A DNA stretch of 64,000 nt from Phycisphaerae bacterium (GTDB lineage: Bacteria > Planctomycetota > Phycisphaerae > Sedimentisphaerales > Anaerobacaceae): positions 15,162 to 79,161 of the forward strand of contig JAUVVQ010000005.1 in NCBI GenBank assembly GCA_030604525.1, given 5' to 3'. The position numbers and the translations under genes are program-made. Below are positions 1 through 8,806 of this stretch, in pieces (positions within the stretch are counted from its first letter, which is position 1; each line of letters starts with the position of its first letter). The notes under the pieces are model-generated. The model saw only the letters and a program-made list of their open reading frames with translations. It made no database searches and was not told the DNA's origin.

Positions 1-611
1 GGACAATCATCGCTTACCACTGGTGCGGTTTTGAGAGCATCTTTCAGCATTGCGATTTCTTCTGCAAACCGCCGGGCCTGTTCGCCGCCGATATCCAACG
101 TATCTAACATTTGCTGACAGACATCTCGCAGTTTTGTACTGGGTGTTTCGACAGGGTTATATTTGGCGATAGCATCTTTTGCCTGTTGCAATTCCTCAAC
201 ATCCGCAAGGTTTATTTGGTTGTCTAATCGATAGAGCAAATCTGTCGTGTAAGATATTAATACTTTGCATGCTTCCAGCAAATCCGCCGCCGAACCGGTA
301 ATTCGCCTCGTTATCAATTCATCCGGAAAATCCGAAATACTGTGTAACGTAATTCGTGTTCTTACCCACTCATTGAGCGTGGTTTCCTGGATGCTCTTAA
401 TCTTCAGCCTGATACACCCGCTGATAAATTCAAACTCATCAGGGTTGTTGGTGTTATGGTCCTGCGGCTCATCACCATCATCATACCACCCACTGAAATA
501 ATCTCTGGCTATCTGCCAGGCCTGATTGATGTTTTCAGCAGCTAACAATTTGCTCTGAGAATATTCCTGCTCGCCGTTGTATTCGGTTGCTTGTGCTTCA
601 AATAGCTTCAT
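1..611 (-). CDS. Hypothetical protein; 3' end cut by the window edge
   Basis: The minus-strand frame is open from the ATG at 611 to the left edge. The ATG follows AAGGAAAGTGAGG (SD-like). The ORF is absent from the ORF track because no stop lies in the window. It carries a DIGGEQARRFAEEIAML motif that is also found in the next ORF. Confidence 0.45.
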   Translation of the reverse strand, partial: MKLFEAQATEYNGEQEYSQSKLLAAENINQAWQIARDYFSGWYDDGDEPQDHNTNNPDEFEFISGCIRLKIKSIQETTLNEWVRTRITLHSISDFPDELITRRITGSAADLLEACKVLISYTTDLLYRLDNQINLADVEELQQAKDAIAKYNPVETPSTKLRDVCQQMLDTLDIGGEQARRFAEEIAMLKDALKTAPVVSDDC

Positions 612-650
612 AATTCGCCTCACTTTCCTTTTAAAATTTGGATTTCTGTT

Positions 651-1187
651 TCAGTCTTTTAACCAACCAAGATCTCTTAAGAGCTTATCCATGATTGTTA
701 TTTCATTGGCAAACTGTCTCGACTGTTCACCGCCGACATCGATGCTTGTAATGACATCCCCCAGCCGGTCAATGATCTGGCTGCTGCTTAACAGTGTCAT
801 ATTGAACTGCTGATACTCATGTTCCGGTGCTTCAATTGATTCATCTTTGACGTTTTCAAACTGAACATCATCACCGGCAATAAACTCCTGATAGGTACAC
901 CTGAACTTGCCGGTATTGTTCTTACGGAACTTTTGAACAACGAAGCCTGTTGTCACCTTGTTGAATTCCAGCAAATCTGTTAGATCAAGCTTTGTCTGTT
1001 TGCCGTCGGCATCCAAAACCATAAGGATCGGGTCAAAGGCATCTTTAGCCCGAATCATCTGCCAGGCGGTCTCGGCTGCCTTTCTTTCATCAGTAGCATT
1101 TACATCGATTGCATACACAATCCGAAACAAAGGTTCTTCTCCGGCATCCTTCGGCGGAGGGTTTATTCTGTAATCTTTGCTGCTCAT
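651..1187 (-). CDS. Hypothetical protein (178 aa)
   Basis: ORF overlaps the upstream gene by 4 nt. Its C-terminus, DVGGEQSRQFANEITIM, is paralogous to the motif in ORF 1..611. No recognisable domain. Confidence 0.5.
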   Translation of the reverse strand: MSSKDYRINPPPKDAGEEPLFRIVYAIDVNATDERKAAETAWQMIRAKDAFDPILMVLDADGKQTKLDLTDLLEFNKVTTGFVVQKFRKNNTGKFRCTYQEFIAGDDVQFENVKDESIEAPEHEYQQFNMTLLSSSQIIDRLGDVITSIDVGGEQSRQFANEITIMDKLLRDLGWLKD

Positions 1188-2077
1188 TTCCGTCCCTCCT
1201 TCTTGAACATCTCCGGTGCAATTTCTTCCAATGTCTTGGGCTGGAAGTAAAGATCACGTTCAATTGGCAATCCCATCGGACCTCTGACCTCCTCAAGCTC
1301 GCTTAGTAAAAAGTAGCCAAATTCTTTTTCATGGCCGAAAACCAGACCAAAGAATTTGTAATCGACCTCATTCTGCGATTCATCTAATACAGGCTCGCCC
1401 TCAGTTGCCATCCATGTCCAATTTGAGCTCGGGGTGAAGTACTTCGTGAAAACAACCGCTTTGCCGCCTTTGCCATCTTGTGAATATAGAGGTGGCAGCT
1501 GCTCGCGGATTTCCTTTGTCAGCAGCTTCATGCCGCGGATTTTATTGTTGGTAATAACCTTTTTGGCACGCTCAACAGCTACAGTATTACCTGTTGTAAT
1601 TGCACATTGTTTGGGTATGCCGCAGGCAGAAGCTACTCCATATAAGAAGTTGGCCATGTTTTCTGCCTGTTTTTTTCTATCAAGTGGGTCAGATTCGCAA
1701 GCAGGTATTGGTTGTGTCAGAATCTCAACCTGATCAGGTTCGAGTTCAACAACGACCCTTCCATTTTGGGCATACCATTCCCAATACGGATATGAGACAT
1801 AATCTACAGGTTCTCTTCCTGCCGTCATGTCACCGACACTACCCTTTTGTGTTTGAGCAAAGCCATCCATGTATTTTGCCGCCACTTCCAAATCTGCTGA
1901 TTCACCATCTCCACGAAGCCTTATTTTCGCTCCGCGGATGTCCCTGTGGAAGTTGCCTTCCAGGTCAAAAATAACTCTGTCTTTTATACCGGCAAATCTC
2001 ATCCAACCGGCAACTTTGTTTGGGACTGAATTGTCCAAACACGCTTCAATTAAATACTCTGTTGGTCTCCAAGCCAT
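1184..2077 (-). CDS. DUF2958 domain protein (unknown N-terminal half)
   Basis: The C-terminal half (LPPLYSQDGKGGKAVVFTKYFTPSSNWTWMATEGEP...FGLVFGHEKEFGYFLLSELEEVRGPMGLPIERDLYFQP) matches the DUF2958 signature typical of plasmid and ICE genes. Confidence 0.7.
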   Translation of the reverse strand: MAWRPTEYLIEACLDNSVPNKVAGWMRFAGIKDRVIFDLEGNFHRDIRGAKIRLRGDGESADLEVAAKYMDGFAQTQKGSVGDMTAGREPVDYVSYPYWEWYAQNGRVVVELEPDQVEILTQPIPACESDPLDRKKQAENMANFLYGVASACGIPKQCAITTGNTVAVERAKKVITNNKIRGMKLLTKEIREQLPPLYSQDGKGGKAVVFTKYFTPSSNWTWMATEGEPVLDESQNEVDYKFFGLVFGHEKEFGYFLLSELEEVRGPMGLPIERDLYFQPKTLEEIAPEMFKKEGRK

Positions 2078-2185
2078 TTTAATACCTCCAGTTCGTTAAA
2101 AAGTGATGGTACGCTTGCAATGTATAGAACGTGCCATCTGGTTAATTTGGTTGATTACTTTGAATTGAAAACTACAAAACAATGC

Positions 2186-3820
2186 TTACGTGGCAGTGGA
2201 ATCCTTGTAGGGCGATTCGTATGATTTTACCGTTCCATTTTTGTATATGATCGTAATGGCCTCGTTGTCATCGAAGATTATCTGCTTCCAGTCCTTGACA
2301 ACACCGTAAAGGCAGCTTCGTAGCTTTGACCGCAGATACTCAGCGGGACCGATAATTGTCGCCCAGAATTCCTCCATTTCCTGCTCGAAGTAATACAACT
2401 GCGTATCATAAGTATCACCATCCTCATTCCAGCCGCCAAGATGAAACCATATATCGGTTGAACTCAACTGATTTCTGGCTTCAAGCGTGACATACACATT
2501 CATACAGCACCAGCTTCTTTTCTCAGTAGGCTGTTCGAGTACCGCCATAAGTACATCAGACTTGAAAACCTTGCCATCACTTGTATGCACCGCTATTTGA
2601 AGTGAGTCAGTAGCAATAAGCGTTTCGCTCCAGATGCCTTGCTGGCCGAGTTCTTTGCCTACAGCTACCTCGACTTTATTTACAGTAGGCAAATTGGCCC
2701 AACTGTATCCATCATAAGCAGGCCGAATTCTTACAGGAACAAAAGGCTCTTTGAGTTTTCCGGTTGCAGCTAACAGATGTATATTAGCCTCGTCGGTCTC
2801 ACAGCCATCTTCGCAATCCTTGCCCAGCCGGTAACAACTGCTCAGAGGCAAATCATCCGGCTTCGTCACCTCTATTGGCTCTACAACGTCATCGTAGAGC
2901 AACCCTATATCAAATACAGGCTCGGCCTCCGGCAGATCAATGCCAAGTTCCCTGGCACGTTCGTATTCCTTGAAAGGCAATTTATGTGCGCCTTGTTTCT
3001 GTATAAACCGGAATGCCTCGATCTCAATCGCAGCTTTAAGTTCCTCGAAAGCTTTGTTTTCGATAAGCTGTGTTCGTGCCGGAAGCATCAGACGGATACC
3101 TGTCGGATCCCCGGTCATATCCACCAGAAATGTAAGCTCCTGGTCACTTACCGGCGAATTTGTAAAGGAGATCACCTGGCCATGGAAGTTGACCAGAACA
3201 TCGTTGGAATAGTAGCCGTGCCTGAAATGTGTATGCCATTTATTCAGGGTTTTCTTATGGCGTACTTCAACCTTGCAGCCCAGTGCAGGATAATTGGCAG
3301 CATCCTCAGAGCAAAACGATTCCTTGCTACATTGCTGCCCATCAACTGTAGCTGTCAGACCGCTGAAAACAGCATGCTTTTCAACAGTGCCGAATTCCCA
3401 CGGTTCATCCTTGAACACAAGAATTGTACCTTTTATCGATTCGACGTTCTCCACAACCGCGACCGGCTCACCTGTCCAAGCCTTTTCGGTTATGCACACT
3501 TTCCTGTCTCCGCTGCAGATAGTAACTTCCCGCGGTGCCAGGCAAAAGACACCAACTCCTGCAGGATCTTCTGACTTCTCCGTTGCATCGTCCCAGTCCG
3601 AATCGCCGAGATGCAGCAATTTTGAAAAGTCCTCAATCCCACTGCCGTTGTCGCAAACAGTAATGAAACCGTCCTTGTTGATAATGTTTACATGCGTTGC
3701 ACCCGCTCGTCTTGAATTTTGCAGGATTTCAATAATCCTACCGTCCATTGTACCAGTGAACAACCTACTGGCCTTTGTCAGCAGTCTTTCACTGACTTTC
3801 GCACAAATTGTTTCTTGCAT
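2186..3820 (-). CDS. GHKL (Bergerat-fold) ATP-binding protein, 544 aa
   Basis: N-terminal motifs IIEILQNSRRAGATHV (N-box-like), VCDNGSGI (G1) and DPAGVGVF. It is the first gene of a minus-strand operon that also includes the DUF2958 gene. Confidence 0.6.
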   Translation of the reverse strand: MQETICAKVSERLLTKASRLFTGTMDGRIIEILQNSRRAGATHVNIINKDGFITVCDNGSGIEDFSKLLHLGDSDWDDATEKSEDPAGVGVFCLAPREVTICSGDRKVCITEKAWTGEPVAVVENVESIKGTILVFKDEPWEFGTVEKHAVFSGLTATVDGQQCSKESFCSEDAANYPALGCKVEVRHKKTLNKWHTHFRHGYYSNDVLVNFHGQVISFTNSPVSDQELTFLVDMTGDPTGIRLMLPARTQLIENKAFEELKAAIEIEAFRFIQKQGAHKLPFKEYERARELGIDLPEAEPVFDIGLLYDDVVEPIEVTKPDDLPLSSCYRLGKDCEDGCETDEANIHLLAATGKLKEPFVPVRIRPAYDGYSWANLPTVNKVEVAVGKELGQQGIWSETLIATDSLQIAVHTSDGKVFKSDVLMAVLEQPTEKRSWCCMNVYVTLEARNQLSSTDIWFHLGGWNEDGDTYDTQLYYFEQEMEEFWATIIGPAEYLRSKLRSCLYGVVKDWKQIIFDDNEAITIIYKNGTVKSYESPYKDSTAT

Positions 3821-4340
3821 AAAAACACCTCACTTTCTTGATTAAGATTGATAAAAAAAAGCACGCCTCTCGACCACAAGAGATGTGCCTACAGTTACAT
3901 TGGTATTCCGAGGGTATTTCACATTCGGTTAGAGGTATTCCGCGGCAAAATCTGCCGGAAAACCATAATTTGAAAAACAGTTCCAACTAGAATTAGATTT
4001 TACTGATACTTTTCTTACAGCAGGTCATTTCCTAACCTTGTTGCTGTGTGTTTGAATCGCTGTTTTCGGAGTGTCAATTTTCAGCATATGTTTTTGGTAA
4101 ACATATGGACGTCGTCAATGGTTCAAAAGCACTTAACGTGCTGATGCGATTTTTGCCAAAAGGCGTATTGTTGTTTTAAGTTATAGAATTGCTAAAAGAA
4201 ATGCTTTTAAAACAAATCAACTGATTTGCTGGTTGAGTGAATCAGTTGTTTCTTTATAAAGCAAAATTACGGCTGATTAATGTGGAATTGGTTAAATTGT
4301 AATGTGTAACCTCGGCACAAAAAGATGTGCCGAAAAAAAA

Positions 4341-4371
4341 GCCGCCCGGCAGAATAATTGATCCGGGCGGC
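4341..4371. terminator. Bidirectional rho-independent terminator hairpin
   Basis: GCCGCCCGG...CCGGGCGGC stem, flanked by an A8 run upstream and TTTAATTTTTT downstream. Confidence 0.5.
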
Positions 4372-4636
4372 TTTAATTTTTTATGCGTATAAAACAGTTG
4401 AATTCTTTTAAACAGCGGATGCTTCATTTGTTGGTATGAATCAGAATTTGATTGTTCAGGAAGAAAGCCTGGCAAGTGTGATTGATGCGGTAAAAAAACT
4501 GATAGCGCAGTTAGATGAGAAAATTAATTGTGTTGTTAAAAAAACTGCCGGGCCTCAAGTACATTCGTCCAGTTCTCAAGGGGCCCCGAACCGTCAGACC
4601 CGGCAACACATGCTATAGCCATATTCAATATTCAAT

Positions 4637-5557
4637 TTACGACTTACGTTTTCTAAGAAACAATCCGCCGAGCCCGACAAGTGCTAATGTTGCTGGCTCA
4701 GGAACTACATTTACAGGGATTTGTAAAGAAGTGGTTTCTGTGCCATCAGTAAGATAAAGTGTTGTCAAGTAGTTGCCAGAATCAGAGAAAACATGTTCGA
4801 GTGACAGTGTGCTTGTTTGAATTCCGCTTGTCCAAGTCGAAAGAGAAGGATATTTATCGTGAGGCACAGGTTCCTCATCAAAGGTAGCAGATCCGCTCTG
4901 GTCTGTCTGGCCATCACCGTCCCAGTCGATGTCATATGAGAAAAAAGGGTTGCCATAGTAGTCTCTGTCAACATACCTGGACCACCATGATGAGCTTTTA
5001 TCTTCAAATTCTAGGCCAAGACTGACAGTTAGTCCTGTGGTTGCTGAACTTTGCAAATACGTTCTTGGAGCATAATTTCGCCAGAGAGATACTTGCGAAA
5101 CAGCCGAAAGGGTCGCCACAATGCCTGAGCCGGTGTCAACCATCTCACTATGTCTCACTAAGTCAGCCAGATAGGCATTTCCCCCTGGTTCAGCCGGGCA
5201 ATCCCATACTTGGGGCGATTGAAAATTCATCGTTGCTGTTATGCTTTCTAATGAAGAAAGTTCGCTGCTTTGCCAGTCTATGATCATTGAACCATCTTCG
5301 AGGTATTCAATCCCGTCGGAAGCACTACACCCAACAACTGTTCCGGTCAACCCCAAAGAATCGGAAGCAATGAAACTTGAATATCGTGTACTCGGACGAA
5401 CTAAAGTGTAGCCGATAGTTGAATTAAAACTACAGTTATATTCGGTAATATCATAGGTTGCTCTGGCTGGCGAAATACCAATTCCGCTTACATCAGAAAC
5501 CATACAGAGGGTTGTTAAGAGTATAAAATTAAATGCTAATAATTCTTTTTTCATCAT
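4637..5557 (-). CDS. PEP-CTERM sorting-domain secreted protein
   Basis: N-terminal signal peptide. C-terminal VPEPATLALVGLGGLFLRKRKS (PEP motif, TM segment, basic tail). Confidence 0.8.
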   Translation of the reverse strand: MMKKELLAFNFILLTTLCMVSDVSGIGISPARATYDITEYNCSFNSTIGYTLVRPSTRYSSFIASDSLGLTGTVVGCSASDGIEYLEDGSMIIDWQSSELSSLESITATMNFQSPQVWDCPAEPGGNAYLADLVRHSEMVDTGSGIVATLSAVSQVSLWRNYAPRTYLQSSATTGLTVSLGLEFEDKSSSWWSRYVDRDYYGNPFFSYDIDWDGDGQTDQSGSATFDEEPVPHDKYPSLSTWTSGIQTSTLSLEHVFSDSGNYLTTLYLTDGTETTSLQIPVNVVPEPATLALVGLGGLFLRKRKS

Positions 5558-5571
5558 CTCACTCTATTAAA

Positions 5572-6294
5572 TTAAATTTGTCGTTTTCTAAAAATTAAAC
5601 CGCCTAAACCCAGCAAGAACAATGTTGCCGGTTCCGGGATTGTTGCTAATTCAAAATTACCTACCCGAAAGGTTGTGTCTTGGCAGGAAGGGATATCTAT
5701 TTCTATAAAGAATTTGTCAACTCCACTAGAGGGGACATCCAACATACCAGCCCAAATGATTTCTCTATCGATATAGGCAGCTATATATTCTCCTGAACTG
5801 TCTAAAAGCATAGCGACTTCGTGAGCGGTATCGCCCTTGGATACAGTATGTTGTACGCCATCAAGCATATCGTAAGTGCCTTCAGAATTTCTATATCCTA
5901 TAGAAATATAGTTGTTCCTAATATTTCCCGGTTCAGGAAAAAATCCTATGTAAGCCTCTAAGTTGCTAGAAAGCTGCATGCCGATTACATTTTTGCCCCA
6001 ACTCGTTAGGCTATAATCGTCAGTTTCCAAGGAAATATCTGCCCTTATTCCTCTTATATCTTCCTCTGGAACTGATGCATATTGGTAAAGTGATGCTCCC
6101 CATTGATACGTTGCCATAGAACGCAAATTCCATGCCCCGTCTCTGCTTGTTACCTCTACATTATATGTTGGAACACGGAAATCCCACTTGTTAAAGTTGC
6201 CACAATCATCATACATTGTCCAGATTGTTGCATTTGTTATCGGAGTCAATACTACCAGCAATAACAAAACGCATAGCGTAATCATTTTTCTCAT
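5572..6294 (-). CDS. PEP-CTERM sorting-domain secreted protein
   Basis: N-terminal signal peptide. C-terminal IPEPATLFLLGLGGLIFRKRQI. Confidence 0.8.
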   Translation of the reverse strand: MRKMITLCVLLLLVVLTPITNATIWTMYDDCGNFNKWDFRVPTYNVEVTSRDGAWNLRSMATYQWGASLYQYASVPEEDIRGIRADISLETDDYSLTSWGKNVIGMQLSSNLEAYIGFFPEPGNIRNNYISIGYRNSEGTYDMLDGVQHTVSKGDTAHEVAMLLDSSGEYIAAYIDREIIWAGMLDVPSSGVDKFFIEIDIPSCQDTTFRVGNFELATIPEPATLFLLGLGGLIFRKRQI

Positions 6295-6331
6295 TTATAC
6301 GTTCCCTTCTGATTTTAAGTTGACTATTTTG

Positions 6332-6961
6332 TTATAAATACAACCGGTCTAAGGCCTTTTTAATTTCGGGCAGCATTACATCCGCATAAACCTGGGTTGT
6401 TGTAATTTTTGCGTGTCCCAGTTGTTTCTGTACAAGGCGAAGATTCCAGTTGCTCGCTTTTAACAAAAAGCACGCGTATGTGTGCCTCAGGCAGTGAATC
6501 GAATAATGCAGAGGCAGGTCTGCTCTTTGTGCACATCGCTTAAATGCTTTCTGTATAGCTCTGGTCGTCATGTGTCCTCCGGTATTGCTGGATAACAATA
6601 ATGGCTGAGCGGCTTCTGTCGATTCGCCGATACTTTGTTTCCATGCCAGATATTCCTTACAATGCTGTTTGAATGGGCCGTTAAAAAAGACCCTTCTTTT
6701 TTTATTGCCTTTGCCGTTTTTTACCAGCAGCGACGGGAGCGTGTCATCTGTGCTGAGATCGTCGCAATTCAGTGCCACCATTTCCATTACCCGAAGGCCG
6801 GTTGCCAGGCCCAGATGGATAATAAAGTAATCCCTTACAGCGGTTTTCTTTTCCTTTGGATAGGCAGATTCCGCTCTGTTTTTGGCAACAGCCAGCAGTT
6901 TCTCCGCATCCTTCCTTGGCAGAAACTTCTTGGGATCAAGCTCCCAGGAATTTGATTTCAT
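6332..6961 (-). CDS. Tyrosine recombinase/integrase, short form (catalytic domain only)
   Basis: Catalytic residues in order: GLRVME (Arg), KGNKKR (Lys), HCLRHT (His-x-x-Arg), GHAKI (His), QVYADV (Tyr). Confidence 0.85.
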   Translation of the reverse strand: MKSNSWELDPKKFLPRKDAEKLLAVAKNRAESAYPKEKKTAVRDYFIIHLGLATGLRVMEMVALNCDDLSTDDTLPSLLVKNGKGNKKRRVFFNGPFKQHCKEYLAWKQSIGESTEAAQPLLLSSNTGGHMTTRAIQKAFKRCAQRADLPLHYSIHCLRHTYACFLLKASNWNLRLVQKQLGHAKITTTQVYADVMLPEIKKALDRLYL

Positions 6962-7277
6962 TCTTTTTCAGGCATCATGTCCTCCTTTCATATTTGGTGT
7001 GAAATATGAACTTATTTGACAAGGAAATATGGGCTTAAATACTTTTTGGATAAGGAGATACAACGACAAAGAGCGGGCTTTGTTTGGCGAAAAACTTCTT
7101 CGGGAAAAAGGCATGATTTGACAAATTTGAAACGCAAAATCGCTGAAAAAATGTTTTTATCGACGATTTTTTAGGAAAAAATTTTGAAATGACAATAAAA
7201 AAAGGTTCAGAAAACACACCTTATCTGAACCTTTGACTTTAATTGTAGCATATTTGCTTTTGGATTTCAAGCATTTC

Positions 7278-7306
7278 TTGACAATAACTGCTATCTAATT
7301 ATAATT
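7278..7306 (+). promoter_or_regulatory. Sigma70-like promoter for the HTH/methyltransferase operon
   Basis: TTGACA (7278-7283), 17-nt spacer, ATAATT (7301-7306), about 55 nt upstream of the ATG at 7361. Confidence 0.4.
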
Positions 7307-7360
7307 ACTGGAACTTCCCGTTTTAGGGTAAATATGTTTTATGGCTGGAGATAACGCTGT

Positions 7361-7558
7361 ATGTCAAAAAAACAGGACATTTTAACTATTGACGAGCTTT
7401 CCAAGTATCTGAAAATTCCTAAGTCTACTGTATACAAACTTTGTCAGGAAGGGAAGGTGCCAGGGCAAAAAGTTGGAAGACATTGGCGGTTCCACAAGGA
7501 AGTCATTGATAGTTGGATTAAAGAAGGTAGTTCTGCTTCTGGTAGCAATAAACGATAG
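7361..7558 (+). CDS. Excisionase/MerR-type helix-turn-helix protein (65 aa)
   Basis: LTIDELSKYLKIPKSTVYKLCQEGKVPGQKVGRHWRF matches the HTH_17/Xis-like pattern. The gene is divergent from the integrase. Confidence 0.8.
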   Translation: MSKKQDILTIDELSKYLKIPKSTVYKLCQEGKVPGQKVGRHWRFHKEVIDSWIKEGSSASGSNKR

Positions 7559-7606
7559 CTCTAATTTTGAGTGAAATGATATGATTATATTTGTAGTGAG
7601 ATTGAT

Positions 7607-8806
7607 ATGCCGAAGAGCTTAAAATACATCGATCTGTTTGCGGGGTGCGGCGGGCTATCGTTGGGACTATTCAATTCAAGTTGGCGAGGTATCTTTGCCA
7701 TAGAAAAAGATGCTATGGCTTTTGAAACCTTAAACCACAATCTAGTTGAACAAAAGAACCATTTTGATTGGCCAGATTGGTTACCAAAGACATGTCATGA
7801 TATAGATGAATTGTTGGAAGACTATCGTGAAAATCTTGAAGCCCTAAGCGGAGAGATAGATTTAGTTGTAGGTGGCCCACCTTGCCAGGGCTTTTCTATG
7901 GCTGGAAAGAGAAAAGAAAGTGATGCACGTAACAAACTAATTCACTCATATATTCAATTTGTTGATTATGTCAGACCTCGTGTAATATTATTTGAAAATG
8001 TAAAAGGCTTTACTCTAGGTTTTACCAAGAATGGCAAGCAGGGACAGCCATATTCAGATGTTGTCCTAAGTAGCTTAAAGGAGTTAGGGTATAGTGATGT
8101 TAGGGGTGAGTTAATAAATTTCGCTAAATTTGGAGTGCCCCAAAGAAGGGAGCGTTTTATTATAATAGGTACTCTTGATGGCAATGCAGACCACTTTTTT
8201 AGTAACTTATTGGCAAACCGGCAAAAGTTTTTGTCGGCAAAAAAATTAAAATCAAATATAGGTGTGAGATTAGCGATTTCGGATTTGAAAGAATCAAGTG
8301 GCTTAGTTGATTGTCCCGACACCCCAGGATTCAAATCAGGGCGATATATTTCTCCTAGAAATAATTATCAAAAATTACTTCGTAAATATGTCAATAAGAC
8401 GGCCATTCCCGACAGCCACCGTTTTGTAAATCATCGTCCAAATACTATCGACATTTATAAAAACCTTTTGAGCCGGGCAGAACGAAATATATCTGTAAAT
8501 GATGCTCTGAGGGAGGAACTTGGCATTAGTAAACGAAATGTAACCGTATTAGACAGCACAAAACCATCTCCAACATTGATGAGCATACCCGATGATTATG
8601 TCCATTACTGTGAACCAAGGGTGTTGACGGTTAGGGAATATGCCCGGATACAGTCTTTTCCTGATTGGTATAGATTTAAAGGCAATTATACAACCGGTGG
8701 AAAACGTAGAGCAAATGAGGTACCCCGTTATACCCAGGTTGGTAATGCAATTCCCCCGTTGTTTGCTGAACATGCCGGTAATATTCTAAAGGAGTTGTTA
8801 GATTAG
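7607..8806 (+). CDS. DNA (cytosine-5)-methyltransferase
   Basis: Motif I DLFAGCGGLSLG, motif IV GGPPCQGFS, motif VI LFENVKGF, motif VIII QRRERFII, motif X GNAIPP. Confidence 0.95.
   Translation: MPKSLKYIDLFAGCGGLSLGLFNSSWRGIFAIEKDAMAFETLNHNLVEQKNHFDWPDWLPKTCHDIDELLEDYRENLEALSGEIDLVVGGPPCQGFSMAGKRKESDARNKLIHSYIQFVDYVRPRVILFENVKGFTLGFTKNGKQGQPYSDVVLSSLKELGYSDVRGELINFAKFGVPQRRERFIIIGTLDGNADHFFSNLLANRQKFLSAKKLKSNIGVRLAISDLKESSGLVDCPDTPGFKSGRYISPRNNYQKLLRKYVNKTAIPDSHRFVNHRPNTIDIYKNLLSRAERNISVNDALREELGISKRNVTVLDSTKPSPTLMSIPDDYVHYCEPRVLTVREYARIQSFPDWYRFKGNYTTGGKRRANEVPRYTQVGNAIPPLFAEHAGNILKELLD

Noticed and set aside
2777-3574. Long antisense ORFs inside well-supported genes: 2777..3574, 3294..3845, 24302..24781, 33286..33945, 41170..41568, 44700..45107 and 48525..49025, among others.
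   Set aside because: Each lies entirely opposite a gene that has clear family motifs. None has a recognisable domain and all are compositionally odd. They are most likely shadow ORFs.
3840-7360. A search by eye for a direct repeat of the tRNA-Thr 3' end (GGTTCGAATCCGACCGTTGGC) that would mark the far att site of the island. The other intergenic gaps (12.7-13.25 kb and 23.7-24.3 kb) were searched as well.
   Set aside because: No match was noticed. This needs a computational exact or approximate match search. The left att site, if there is one, may lie beyond the window.
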